The notes below the pieces were generated by a model. That model ran no database searches. It was given only the letters and a program-made list of their open reading frames with translations, and was not told the origin of the DNA. The translations under genes and the position numbers were made by a program. A stretch of DNA of 64,000 bases from an uncultured Arcobacter sp. (GTDB lineage: Bacteria; Campylobacterota; Campylobacteria; Campylobacterales; Arcobacteraceae): contig OZ223300.1 in the NCBI GenBank assembly GCA_965140705.1, positions 128,001 to 192,000 of the forward strand, in the 5' to 3' direction. Shown here in pieces: positions 27,074 through 37,174 of this stretch; within the stretch, counting starts at the first letter, position 1; every line of letters starts with the position of its first letter.

Positions 27074-29494
27074 ATGAAGATAGTTATAATAGGTGGAGGA
27101 ATTGCCGCAGTTTACTTAGCAAATAATATTTTAAATATAGATTCATCATGTAATATTACTATGCTTAGTGATGAAAAATATATCCCTTATGATAGGATAC
27201 ATCTTTGTAGACTAATTGGAACTAAAAATGATGTAGAAGATATAAAACTAGAACTAAATAGTGCTGTAACCTTACAACTTAATCAAAGGGTTTCAAATAT
27301 CAATAAAGAGGAAAAAATAGTCTTCTCAAATGATAAAACTTATACCTATGATAAACTTATTATTGCCACAGGTTCAACTCCCCTAACTCTTTTAGATACA
27401 AATATAGATAATGTAGCTGTTTTTCGAAATGTAAATGATTGTAAAAAGATAGAGAAATACTCTAAAACCCATGAAGTAGTACTTGTAGGAAGTGGCCCTA
27501 TTGCCTTAGAACTCCTTGATACTTTAAATAATATAAGTGATGTGAAAAGCATAACTTTACTTTTAAGAAGTAGACATTTATATGATAAATATATATCAAA
27601 TGAAGCTATGCAAATCATGGAAAAAAGCTTTTTAAAAAATGAAAAAGTAAAAATCTCCTATGAAGATGAGATAGTTGATACAGTAATCAGAAATAATAAA
27701 ATTGAACTTCTTAAAACAAAAAAGTTAGAGATAAAAAATCCTTTTATTGTTTTTGGAGTGGGTATAAAAGCAAATGCAAGTTCTTTTGAAAATATTGTAG
27801 ATGTAAATAAAGGAATTCTAGTAAATGAATTCATGCAAACTAGTGATGAAAATATCTATGCAGTTGGTGAATGTGCAGAAGTTATAAAAGATAAATTCTT
27901 AGCAGGTCATGTAAAAGAGTGTACAATCCAAGCAAATGTTGCTATCTCTCATATCTTTCAAAAAGATGTTATGAGTTTTGAGTTAGATGTGGCAGTTGAT
28001 ATGCTTAAGATTGGTGATTTTACTTTGGTTGAAATTTGCTCTTCAGATTTTAATAAAGATTTTGAAAAAGTTGCCATTGAATCAATAGATAAAAAAAGAG
28101 TTGATGAATACTTCTTAAAAGATAATAAACTTATTAGATTTATTGGAATTAATTCAAATATTGATACAGCGTATTTAGAAAAAGTGATAAAACAAAAAGA
28201 AGAGATAGATTTAAACTATTTGTATGAAAATAGAGAATTAAGCCCAAGAGGTAAGTTAGTTTGTGCTTGTAAACATATCTATTATGATGATTTAGTAGAA
28301 CTTGTAACTTCTTGTAAAATAGACTCTTTTGCTACTTTAAAGGAGTTTAGTGAGGCAGGAAGAGTTTGTGGGAGATGTAAAAAAGAGATAGATGATATTA
28401 TTTTGGATACCCAACATTTAATAGATTATGATACTCCTAAAAAAACTCCTGAAGAGATAAGATTAGAAGAAGAGTTAAAAAGAAGTAAAAAAAGAGTAGA
28501 GAAGTTTAAAAAACTACATCCAAAAAATAATATGGATGAAAATAATTTAGAATCGGCACTAAAAATGCTTGATATGGGCAAAAGTGAAATTAATAGTTGG
28601 ATCTCTATGGTAACAGCTAATATGAAATTAAACCCAGCCTTTGAAGATGTTGTAAGTGAGGGAATTAAAAACTTAAATAAGATTCCAATAATTTGGTTGG
28701 AGTTAAGTGATTGTAGCGGGAATAGTGAAGCTTTTATTAAATCTTCTAATCCTGTTTTAGAGGATTTGATTTTTGATTATATCTCTTTGGATTATCATGA
28801 GTTACTTATGAGTGCAAGTGGTGATGAGAGTGAGACTATTTTAGAAGATATTATAAAAAATGACAAAGGTAAATATGTCTTAATAGTCGAAGGCGCTGTT
28901 CCTTTAGGGCTTGATGGAAAATATTTACGAATAGGCAAAAAAGGTGAAACAGGAATTGAACTTTTAGAAAAATGTGCTAAAGATGCAGCCCTTGTATTAG
29001 CTGTTGGTTCATGTGCTTTTGATGGAGGAGTAGTATCTGCATATCCAAATCCTACAGGTGCAGTTGGAGTCGCGGAGGCTTTAAAAAGAGATGATGTGAT
29101 AAATATTACAGGATGTCCAACAAATCCTATAAATATAGTAGGAACATTGCTCTCATATATGATGTTTGAAGAGTTGCCAGCTTTAGATAAATTTAACCGC
29201 CCTTTATGGGCTTATGAACAAAGGGTTCATGATAATTGTGAAAGAAGAGGTCACTATGAACTTGGCGAATTTGTAAAAGAGTGGGGAGATGATGGTGCAA
29301 AAAATGGTTGGTGTCTTTTTGAGATGGGCTGTAAAGGTCCATATGCCAATGTAAATTGCCCCTCTATGAAATTTAACCAAGGAACAAGTTGGCCTGTACA
29401 AGTTGGGCATGGTTGTATGGGTTGTACTGAACTTGGATTTTTTGATAAGTTTGCAAATGAGAGAGTCTATAAAGAAAAAGAGACAGAAAAATGA
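27074..29494 (+). CDS. Fusion: FAD-dependent pyridine-nucleotide oxidoreductase, BFD-like [2Fe-2S] and [NiFe]-hydrogenase small subunit
   Basis: IIGGGIA, PYDRIHL, IIATGS, IYAVGEC; CAC...CGRC; IIWLELSDCSGNSE, GSCA, GCP, HDNCER, CLFEMGCKGP, GHGCMGC; no Tat signal. Confidence 0.88.
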   Translation: MKIVIIGGGIAAVYLANNILNIDSSCNITMLSDEKYIPYDRIHLCRLIGTKNDVEDIKLELNSAVTLQLNQRVSNINKEEKIVFSNDKTYTYDKLIIATGSTPLTLLDTNIDNVAVFRNVNDCKKIEKYSKTHEVVLVGSGPIALELLDTLNNISDVKSITLLLRSRHLYDKYISNEAMQIMEKSFLKNEKVKISYEDEIVDTVIRNNKIELLKTKKLEIKNPFIVFGVGIKANASSFENIVDVNKGILVNEFMQTSDENIYAVGECAEVIKDKFLAGHVKECTIQANVAISHIFQKDVMSFELDVAVDMLKIGDFTLVEICSSDFNKDFEKVAIESIDKKRVDEYFLKDNKLIRFIGINSNIDTAYLEKVIKQKEEIDLNYLYENRELSPRGKLVCACKHIYYDDLVELVTSCKIDSFATLKEFSEAGRVCGRCKKEIDDIILDTQHLIDYDTPKKTPEEIRLEEELKRSKKRVEKFKKLHPKNNMDENNLESALKMLDMGKSEINSWISMVTANMKLNPAFEDVVSEGIKNLNKIPIIWLELSDCSGNSEAFIKSSNPVLEDLIFDYISLDYHELLMSASGDESETILEDIIKNDKGKYVLIVEGAVPLGLDGKYLRIGKKGETGIELLEKCAKDAALVLAVGSCAFDGGVVSAYPNPTGAVGVAEALKRDDVINITGCPTNPINIVGTLLSYMMFEELPALDKFNRPLWAYEQRVHDNCERRGHYELGEFVKEWGDDGAKNGWCLFEMGCKGPYANVNCPSMKFNQGTSWPVQVGHGCMGCTELGFFDKFANERVYKEKETEK

Positions 29495-31158
29495 TGAAAA
29501 AAATTGTTATTGATCCCATTACTAGAATTGAAGGACACTTAAGAGCTGAAGTAGAAGTTGATGAAAATGGAGTCGTAAAAGAGGCTTATGTTAGTGGGCA
29601 ACTTTTTCGAGGCATAGAGATAATTTTACAAGATAGAGACCCCAGAGATGCAGGATTATTAGCTGGAAGAGTTTGTGGAGTTTGTACAAATTCACACTTT
29701 AGAGGTGCTATTGGGGCTGTTGAAAATGCATATTCTTTAAGTGTTCCTCAAAATGCTAGAATAATAAGAGACTTGATGTCTATGGCTTTGTTTATTCAAG
29801 ACCATGTGGTACATTTTTATCAGTTACATCTGCTTGATTTTGTGGATGTATTAAGTGCCTTAAAGGCAAATCCTAAAGAGAGTACAAAAGAGGCTCATAA
29901 GTATTGTAAAAAACCATTTAGAAACTCTAATACACATTATGAGACAGTTTTAGAAAAGCTTCAAAATTTTATAGATGCAGGAAGATTAGGACCTTTTAAT
30001 AGTGGATATTGGGGACATAGTGATTATAAGTTAAGTAGTGAACAAAATTTAATTTTATTATCCCACTATTTTGAAGCCTTACAATTTCAAACAAAAATCT
30101 CAAAAGCCATAGCTATCTTTGGAGGGAAAACACCCCATCCTCAATCTTTGGTTGTAGGTGGTATTACAAGTGTTGCAGATATGCTAAACCCCCAAAGATT
30201 AAATGACTTTATTTTTGTAATAAAAGAGGCAAGTGATTTTATAAATAGGGCTTATTTACCTGATATGAAATTATTAGCGATTGCATATAAAGAAGAGATA
30301 AAATCAAAAAGTGGAAAAACAGCTGCTAATTATTTAAGTGTAGGTGTATATCCTATAAACAAAGAGAAAAAACTTTTTTCTAGTGGAGTTATATTTGATG
30401 GAGATTTTTCAAATATACAAGAGTTCGATGCCAATAAAATAAAAGAAGAAGTTCAAAGGGCTTGGTATAGTGATGATGAAAAACAAGAACCTTTTTATAC
30501 TGATTTAAATGAAGATGGAACTTTAAAAACTAAAAATAGTGATGATAAATACTCTTGGATAAAAGCTCCACGATATGATGGTAAGACTATGGAAACTGGT
30601 CCCATTGCAAGATTGTTTATTAGTTATTTAAATAATAACACTGCCATAAACTCTTTTGTTGATGAATTTTTAAAAGATACCTCTTTAAACTTTGAAGATT
30701 TAAACTCAAGCATTGGAAGAAATTGTGCAAGGGCAATTGAGAGTCAATATATTTGTGAATATATTTTTAAACTTGTTTCAAATTTGATTCAAAATATTAA
30801 ATACTATGATACAAATACTTGGGATAAATACAATTTTGAAGAACTAGAAAAAGATGCAAGTGGCTACGTTTTCTTAGAAGTGCCAAGGGGAGTTTTACTT
30901 CATAGTATAAACATAGAAAACTCCAAAATAAAAAATTATCAAATCATTGCCCCAACAACTTGGAATGCAACTCCCAAAAATAGTGATGGAATTAGAGGTG
31001 CATATGAAGAGGCTTTAGTTGGGGTAAAAATAGCTGATCTATCTAAACCCCTCGAAGTTCTAAAGGTATTACACTCTTTTGACCCATGTTTAGCCTGTGC
31101 AGTTCATATTATAGATACAAAAGGGAAAGTTTTGGGAGAGTATAAAATTAGAACTTAA
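29491..31158 (+). CDS. [NiFe]-hydrogenase large subunit (group 1-like)
   Basis: DPITRIEGH, L1 RVCGVC, L2 FDPCLACAVH plus a cleavable tail. Confidence 0.95.
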   Translation: MMKKIVIDPITRIEGHLRAEVEVDENGVVKEAYVSGQLFRGIEIILQDRDPRDAGLLAGRVCGVCTNSHFRGAIGAVENAYSLSVPQNARIIRDLMSMALFIQDHVVHFYQLHLLDFVDVLSALKANPKESTKEAHKYCKKPFRNSNTHYETVLEKLQNFIDAGRLGPFNSGYWGHSDYKLSSEQNLILLSHYFEALQFQTKISKAIAIFGGKTPHPQSLVVGGITSVADMLNPQRLNDFIFVIKEASDFINRAYLPDMKLLAIAYKEEIKSKSGKTAANYLSVGVYPINKEKKLFSSGVIFDGDFSNIQEFDANKIKEEVQRAWYSDDEKQEPFYTDLNEDGTLKTKNSDDKYSWIKAPRYDGKTMETGPIARLFISYLNNNTAINSFVDEFLKDTSLNFEDLNSSIGRNCARAIESQYICEYIFKLVSNLIQNIKYYDTNTWDKYNFEELEKDASGYVFLEVPRGVLLHSINIENSKIKNYQIIAPTTWNATPKNSDGIRGAYEEALVGVKIADLSKPLEVLKVLHSFDPCLACAVHIIDTKGKVLGEYKIRT

Positions 31159-31163
31159 CTTCT

Positions 31164-32015
31164 TTAATGATTTATTATACTCATTTTACTTCCTAGATTT
31201 GCCATACCACTTGTGTACATTGCACTAGATACTATTCCATCTATTTGTAAACTTGCATACTCTTGTACATTATTTATATTTACTCCACCCGCAACTAAAA
31301 TAGTTATGTGGGGGAAATTTTCATTTTTATATTTTATTATCTCTTTTAAAACATCTATTTTTATTTTATCTACTTGAAGAACATCTGCTCCATATTTCAT
31401 TAATTGTTTTGCATCATCAAGAGTTTCAGTCTCTATTACAATCTTCTTTTCACAAGCTTTTTGTTTGAAGTTTTTAATATCATTAAAAAACTCATTTTCA
31501 TTTTTGTAAGCTATTCGATGTTGTGGAAAAATAAGAATACTCTCACTTAGTCCCAAACGGTGTGGCATAGCACCACCTATCATTATAGATTTAATACATA
31601 ACCTTTTTGCAAAAGGGAAACTCTTTCTAGTGGATAATAGTTCACAGTTTTTATTTACACTATTGATTTTTTCTTTCATTTTAAAAGTGTAAGTAGACAT
31701 TTTACAGCTATACTCTAAGAGCATTTGACACGCTCTCCAAGCTTTGTGTACATCTTCGTAGTCTCCACTAAACTCCATAATTGTATCATTCTCTTTTATC
31801 AAAGTTTTTGATGGTATATAATTTTCAACTTTACAATTTAATAGTTGGGCAATTCTTTTAGCCTCTTCACTACAAGAGACAATAATCTCTTCTCTAGTAA
31901 AGATACTTAATTTTACTTTTTTATTAGATTGTTCTTGAAGATATGTGGTTAAATCAAGGTAAGGGATATCATCATTTATATATTGTTGTAATTCATAATC
32001 TGTTAAGTTATACAT
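31164..32015 (-). CDS. modD: ModD (NadC-like) protein
   Basis: DDIPYLDLTT, STRK, HRLGLSESIL, AGGVN; end of mod operon. Confidence 0.85.
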   Translation of the reverse strand: MYNLTDYELQQYINDDIPYLDLTTYLQEQSNKKVKLSIFTREEIIVSCSEEAKRIAQLLNCKVENYIPSKTLIKENDTIMEFSGDYEDVHKAWRACQMLLEYSCKMSTYTFKMKEKINSVNKNCELLSTRKSFPFAKRLCIKSIMIGGAMPHRLGLSESILIFPQHRIAYKNENEFFNDIKNFKQKACEKKIVIETETLDDAKQLMKYGADVLQVDKIKIDVLKEIIKYKNENFPHITILVAGGVNINNVQEYASLQIDGIVSSAMYTSGMANLGSKMSIINH

Positions 32016-32030
32016 ATGTCTGTCCTAAGT

Positions 32031-32063
32031 TAGTTTGTTTCAAATAGTTTTTGAAACAAACTA
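32031..32063 (-). terminator. Hairpin between TOBE gene and modD
   Basis: TAGTTTGTTTCAAA-TAGTT-TTTGAAACAAACTA, perfect 14-bp stem. Confidence 0.6.
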
Positions 32064-32071
32064 TTTATTTT

Positions 32072-32485
32072 TTAAGCTACTAAGATAACACTTGATGCTT
32101 TAAAAATAGCATAAACGGTATCATCTTTTCTAATTGATAAATCTTCTACTGCTTCATTTGTAATTACAGCACAAAGTTGGTTCTCTCCAATAGATACTTT
32201 AATTTCACTATTAACTGCACCTTTAATTACTTCTTTTACCACACCCTTAATATTATTTCTAGCTGTTGTTTTAATAACTTCTTTACTTAAAATAATTGTT
32301 GAAGCTTTAATTAGCGTACCAACTTTACTATCAACATCAATTTTAAGTGATTCTTTCCCATCATTTGTAACTGTTGCACAAATATGAATAGAAGGTGAAA
32401 CTTCTATCTTAATTTCACTCATTACTGTACCTGTAGTTATTTCTACGACTTTACCATTTAACTGGTTTCTTGCACTTGTTTTCAT
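32072..32485 (-). CDS. Di-TOBE molybdate-binding protein (ModG/Mop-like)
   Basis: SARNQL and TARNNI repeats; KAS. Confidence 0.85.
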   Translation of the reverse strand: MKTSARNQLNGKVVEITTGTVMSEIKIEVSPSIHICATVTNDGKESLKIDVDSKVGTLIKASTIILSKEVIKTTARNNIKGVVKEVIKGAVNSEIKVSIGENQLCAVITNEAVEDLSIRKDDTVYAIFKASSVILVA

Positions 32486-32537
32486 ATCAAACTCCTTATA
32501 ATAAAATTAAATCTTCTACAAAATAAAAGACTTAAAT

Positions 32538-33215
32538 TTAATATATTTTTTCTTTTTTCTGAAGTATATTTAGACAAATAAAAAAGACAATAGATATAAC
32601 TACTAAAATACCACTAAGTGCCATTGCCAAATCATATTCTCCATCAAATACAGCATTATAAATTGCAAGGGATACCGTATCTGTTTTCCCAATAATATTC
32701 CCACCTAACATCAAAGTAATTCCCACTTCGCCCAATGCCCTAGCAGTAGCTATCAATAAGGAGATATATAGTGAGTTTTTAATATTTGGTAGTACAATAA
32801 ACAAAAAAGTATTTATCTCACTTTTCCCACTAATGTATGCAGCTTCTTTGATGTTTTTAGGAAACTGTTCTATAGTAGCTTGAAGTGGTTTTACCATCAA
32901 GGGAAGTCCTGCTATAAAAGTTGCTATTACAATTCCTGAAAAACTAAAGATTAGTGTGATATTAAAATGACTAAGTAATGCCCCTAATACACCATCTCTT
33001 CCTAGGAGTATAAGGAGAAAAAAACCCACAGCAATTGGTGGAAATATTAGAGGCATTGTTACAATCGTGTCTAAAATCCATTTAAATCTTAGATTCTTTT
33101 TTGATAAGATAAAAGCTATGGGAACTCCTATTATCATAAATAAAATTGCACTCACCCCAATAGTTTTTATACTAAGTATAAAAGGTTTAGAAATTTGTGC
33201 AAGTTCAAGATACAT
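32538..33215 (-). CDS. modB: Molybdate ABC permease (second copy)
   Basis: PLIFPPIAVG, EAA, ARALGEVG. Confidence 0.8.
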   Translation of the reverse strand: MYLELAQISKPFILSIKTIGVSAILFMIIGVPIAFILSKKNLRFKWILDTIVTMPLIFPPIAVGFFLLILLGRDGVLGALLSHFNITLIFSFSGIVIATFIAGLPLMVKPLQATIEQFPKNIKEAAYISGKSEINTFLFIVLPNIKNSLYISLLIATARALGEVGITLMLGGNIIGKTDTVSLAIYNAVFDGEYDLAMALSGILVVISIVFFICLNILQKKEKIY

Positions 33216-33925
33216 TAAAGACCATATTTTTCAAATATTTTTTTAGAGGTATTATTTTGTAAAAAGTTCACAAAATCTCTACACTCTTTTGTGTCACAAG
33301 CATTTAATTTACCTGCAACTATTTCAATATTTGTATAGTATTTTTTGGGTACTTCAATATATCCACCTATTTTATCTTTGTTTGCTAAAGCAGCCGTTAG
33401 ATTTACAATCCCTACATCTACTTCGCCTGTTATTACATATGTCATTGATTGGGGAACAGTTGCAACTATATATAACTTGTCTTTTACTTTATTTTCTAAA
33501 TTACTATTTATCAAAAACTCTTTTCCTGCTATTCCATATATTGCTTTTTTGGGTTGGGGCATAGAAATTCTAGTTATGTATTTTTTTGATAAATCATTTA
33601 TAGAGTTTATTTTTTTGTCTTTTGCATAGGCAAGTACAACTTTTCCTTCTCCTAGTTTAATATAATCATTAAACTTTAAATTACTTTTTTTTGATAGAAA
33701 CCTTTTGTCTCCTATTATTAAGCCCATATCTGTCTGTTTTGCTTGAGTTGTTACTTGTCTCATATTTCCAAAAAAAGCATCAATTTTTTTACCACTTTTT
33801 TCATACTCTTTTATAACTTCCATCAAAGGTTTTTTATATCCAGCACCAGCTGCAACTTTTAAATTAGCTGCAACAAGTGCAACACTTACTGCAATAATAC
33901 AAAATAGTATTTTTTTCAGCATCAT
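33215..33925 (-). CDS. modA: Molybdate-binding protein (divergent second copy)
   Basis: AAGAGYKKP, AIYGIAG, GEVDVG; own ModE box. Confidence 0.75.
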   Translation of the reverse strand: MMLKKILFCIIAVSVALVAANLKVAAGAGYKKPLMEVIKEYEKSGKKIDAFFGNMRQVTTQAKQTDMGLIIGDKRFLSKKSNLKFNDYIKLGEGKVVLAYAKDKKINSINDLSKKYITRISMPQPKKAIYGIAGKEFLINSNLENKVKDKLYIVATVPQSMTYVITGEVDVGIVNLTAALANKDKIGGYIEVPKKYYTNIEIVAGKLNACDTKECRDFVNFLQNNTSKKIFEKYGL

Positions 33926-33933
33926 AATTCCTT

Positions 33934-33960
33934 TCAGTATATATATTTATATATAACGAT
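33934..33960 (-). promoter_or_regulatory. ModE-type operator
   Basis: ATCGTTATATA-TAAATA-TATATACTGA. Confidence 0.8.
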
Positions 33961-33972
33961 AATTAAATTTTT

Positions 33973-34827
33973 TTAGGTATTTTTTATCAAAGGTGCAAAA
34001 GCTTTTGTACTCACTAAAACTTTTTGCCCAATATTTAAATTTTTTGCTTCATCACTACTTACAACAACTTCCACAAGCTGTTGACCTATTGATACAATCG
34101 CTACTTGTATTACATCAACTTTTATAATATCAAGTAATTCTCCCTCAAATGAGAATTTCTGAGAGCCACTAGTTCTTAATAAAATATCTTTAGCCTTCCC
34201 ATCATTTATTACTAAACCTTGATTTAAAACTATAACTCTATTTGATAATCTATACATTTCACTTGGATCATGACTTACCATTATTGTGGTTGTATTAAAT
34301 TCTTTATGAAGTGTTAATATCTCTTGTTGTAGTTTTGCTCTCATTTTTGGGTCTAGTGCTGATAAAGGCTCATCCATAAGTAGAAGTTTTGGTTTATTCA
34401 TTAGTGCTCGACAAAGACTAACCCTTTGTTTTTGTCCACCACTTAATGTATTTGGTAATCTATTTTCTAACTCTTCCATTTCGGTTATTTTTAAAAGTTT
34501 TATTGCTAAATCTTTATCTTTTTTCACAAATAAAAGGTTATCTATCACACTCATATTTGGAAATAGAGCATAGTCTTGAAAAACAAAACCTATTTCTCTT
34601 TTTTGAGGAGCTAGAAAAGTTGAGTTATTTTGCCAATAGGTTTCACCTATTTTTATTTCACCCTTTGCTTCTTCTAAACCTGCAAGTATTCTTAAAAGTG
34701 TAGTTTTACCACTTCCACTTAGACCTGCCAAGGCTATAAAATCACCCTCTTTAATCTCTAAAATTACATCTAAATTCATTTGCCCATTTGAGCCATGAAG
34801 TTTTTTAAATATATCTATTTTTATCAT
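33973..34827 (-). CDS. modC: Molybdate ABC ATPase with C-terminal TOBE
   Basis: GLSGSGKTT, FQDYALFP, LSGGQKQR, DEP. Confidence 0.9.
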   Translation of the reverse strand: MIKIDIFKKLHGSNGQMNLDVILEIKEGDFIALAGLSGSGKTTLLRILAGLEEAKGEIKIGETYWQNNSTFLAPQKREIGFVFQDYALFPNMSVIDNLLFVKKDKDLAIKLLKITEMEELENRLPNTLSGGQKQRVSLCRALMNKPKLLLMDEPLSALDPKMRAKLQQEILTLHKEFNTTTIMVSHDPSEMYRLSNRVIVLNQGLVINDGKAKDILLRTSGSQKFSFEGELLDIIKVDVIQVAIVSIGQQLVEVVVSSDEAKNLNIGQKVLVSTKAFAPLIKNT

Positions 34828-34830
34828 ATT

Positions 34831-35523
34831 TTATATTCCAAATTTTTTGTTGCTTCTACCATTGAAGATATAAACACTAAGAAGTACTAAAAAACTAATT
34901 ATGACCATAATAGCACTATAGATATGGGCAGTTTTATAATCCATTATTTCTACCATTTCATATATTGCAACTGAAGCTACTTTTGTCTCACCAGGAATAC
35001 TTCCTCCTACCATAAGAACAACTCCAAACTCTCCTACTGTATGTGCAAAGGTTACGATTATTGCTGTAAGGAGAGCTGGTTTTATGTTTGGTAAGGCTAC
35101 TTTTAATAAAGTTTTTATTTTCCCTTTTCCGCAAATATAACTTGCTTCAATCATATTCTTACTAATACTTTCAAAACCACTTTGTAAGGGTTGAACCATA
35201 AAAGGAAGACTGTAAAAACAACTAGCAATAACAAGGCCATAAAAGTTGAACACTAGTTTTATTCCTAAAGTATTTTCAAAAAAGGCACCTATTGGTGAAT
35301 TATATGATAATACCCACAGAATATAAAACCCTAAAACAGAAGGTGGTAAAACTATTGGAAGAGCTGTGATTGCTTCTAAAAAAGGTTTCAATCTTGATTT
35401 TGTTTGAGATAAATACCAAGAAAGAGGTAATGAAATCACAAATAAAATTGAGGTGGTAATAAATGCTAATTTAAATGAGAGTATAAAGGGACCAAATTCT
35501 ATAGCTTTCAGGGTTTCAAACAT
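34831..35523 (-). CDS. modB: Molybdate ABC permease
   Basis: LPIVLPPSVLGF, FAHTVGEFG. Confidence 0.92.
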   Translation of the reverse strand: MFETLKAIEFGPFILSFKLAFITTSILFVISLPLSWYLSQTKSRLKPFLEAITALPIVLPPSVLGFYILWVLSYNSPIGAFFENTLGIKLVFNFYGLVIASCFYSLPFMVQPLQSGFESISKNMIEASYICGKGKIKTLLKVALPNIKPALLTAIIVTFAHTVGEFGVVLMVGGSIPGETKVASVAIYEMVEIMDYKTAHIYSAIMVIISFLVLLSVYIFNGRSNKKFGI

Positions 35524-35917
35524 TTATTATTTCCTCAATAGATAAATCACTTGCTTTTATGAAAATATTAATTTCATCATCTTTTTTTAGATGCATTTTT
35601 TTTGCACTTGCTTGGGTTATTATTGATTGAAAATAGGAGTCCTTAGCTTTAATTGTAACGCTACAAAGAAGTTTGCCATTTTCAATATTATCAATCTTTC
35701 CATTTATTTGATTAGAGAAACTAAGCATACCTTTAAAATCTCTTGCCAATATTATATTCGTAGCTTTTACAACTAATACAACTTTTTGACCGATTTTAAT
35801 ATTTTCATTAAGATCCAAACTCATCATTTTGAGTTTGATTCCTGAAAAGTCAAATTGTACAATATTGAGATTATCAATATTGTCTATTTGAGATATGATA
35901 GCTTCTATTTTATTCAT
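35516..35917 (-). CDS. TOBE domain protein
   Basis: VKAT / IKAS TOBE signatures within mod operon. Confidence 0.75.
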   Translation of the reverse strand: MNKIEAIISQIDNIDNLNIVQFDFSGIKLKMMSLDLNENIKIGQKVVLVVKATNIILARDFKGMLSFSNQINGKIDNIENGKLLCSVTIKAKDSYFQSIITQASAKKMHLKKDDEINIFIKASDLSIEEIINV

Positions 35918-36660
35918 GGTACTAAATATCCAAATTTGTTAAATATTTTTTTTGCATTTGAACTTAAGATAAAGTCATAAAAGGCTTTTGCTTCTTTATT
36001 GTCTTTTGCATTGTTTATAATAACAATTCCTTGATTAATAGGAGTATAAAGTTTTGGATTTACATCTATCCAATTTACACCTTCTTTATACATACTCATT
36101 TTTGGACTATATAAAGATGATTTTGCAATAAATCCAATATCAGTTGCTGTTGTTGCATATGTAACTGTTTGAGATATAGATTCAGCATATACATATTTTT
36201 TTACAACATCGTTATATATTTTTGCATTTTTCATAGCTTCAACTGCTGCTTTTCCATAAGGAGCAGTTTTTGGATTTGCAATAGCGATTTTGCTTACTGA
36301 ACTATCCTTTGCTAAATTTATTCCTTTTGACATATCTAGTTTTTTCACACTTAAAATTGCTAAACTTCCTTGGGCATAAATAACTGGTTTTGTAATGGCA
36401 ATTTTATCACTATATAAGGCTTTTGGATATTTCATATTTGCTGCCATAAAAATATTATATGGAGCACCATTTTTAATTTGTGCAGTTAGTTTTCCACTAC
36501 TTCCAAGTGTTACTTCAACTTTTGTATTTGGGTTTGTTTTATTAAACTCTTTGATTAAATCTCCAATTGCATAACTAACATTTGCAGCAACTGCAACATT
36601 TATTTGTCCTGCAAACAGACTTAAACTTATAACTAAAATCCCTATTACTATTTTTTTCAT
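35914..36660 (-). CDS. modA: Molybdate-binding periplasmic protein
   Basis: VAVAAN, GSSGKL, NGAP, ANPKTAPYG. Confidence 0.92.
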   Translation of the reverse strand: MKKIVIGILVISLSLFAGQINVAVAANVSYAIGDLIKEFNKTNPNTKVEVTLGSSGKLTAQIKNGAPYNIFMAANMKYPKALYSDKIAITKPVIYAQGSLAILSVKKLDMSKGINLAKDSSVSKIAIANPKTAPYGKAAVEAMKNAKIYNDVVKKYVYAESISQTVTYATTATDIGFIAKSSLYSPKMSMYKEGVNWIDVNPKLYTPINQGIVIINNAKDNKEAKAFYDFILSSNAKKIFNKFGYLVP

Positions 36661-36669
36661 TCTTTTTCC

Positions 36670-37089
36670 TTATTTTCCTATCATTACATCTGTTGCCTTG
36701 ATTATGGCACTAACACTATTTCCTATTTTTATATGTAAGTTCTTTATTGAGCTTGCTGTAATTACTGAAATTACTCTCTCCTTATTTCCTATATCTATTT
36801 CTACTTCTGCAGTTACAGAACCTAAATGGATATTTTCGACAATTCCTTGAAGTTTATTTCTTGCACTTATATTTAAACTTACATCTGTAGTTATAAGAAC
36901 ACAACTTGATTTAAATATTACTGTAACTATGTCATCTATTTTTAAATCAAGATTTTTAACAGCACTATTTGTAATCACTGAAACAATTGTATATCCACTA
37001 TTCAATTTTACATAGATTTCAGAATTAACTTGACCTTGTTCAACTAATTCTATTACTCCAGTTAATTGATTTCTTGCACTTAGTTTCAT
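36670..37089 (-). CDS. Di-TOBE molybdate-binding protein
   Basis: SARNQL and SARNKL repeats. Confidence 0.85.
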   Translation of the reverse strand: MKLSARNQLTGVIELVEQGQVNSEIYVKLNSGYTIVSVITNSAVKNLDLKIDDIVTVIFKSSCVLITTDVSLNISARNKLQGIVENIHLGSVTAEVEIDIGNKERVISVITASSIKNLHIKIGNSVSAIIKATDVMIGK

Positions 37090-37106
37090 TTTTCTCCTTT
37101 ACGCAA

Positions 37107-37134
37107 AGCATTATATATTTATTTATATAACGAT
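37107..37134 (-). promoter_or_regulatory. ModE-type operator
   Basis: ATCGTTATATA-AATAAA-TATATAATGCT. Confidence 0.85.
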
Positions 37135-37140
37135 TAGCTA

Positions 37141-37170
37141 AAAAAAACTAGAAGGAATCCCTCTAGTTTT
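37141..37170 (-). terminator. nifHDK terminator
   Basis: AAAACTAGAGGG-ATT-CCTTCTAGTTTT plus U-run right after nifK stop. Confidence 0.8.
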
Positions 37171-37174
37171 AAAA

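Noticed and set aside
31164..32015. nadC
   Set aside because: Context in the mod operon and motifs fit the ModD paralog better.
37090..37174. Moco riboswitch upstream of mod genes
   Set aside because: The region is short and fully explained by the nifK terminator, ModE box and RBS.
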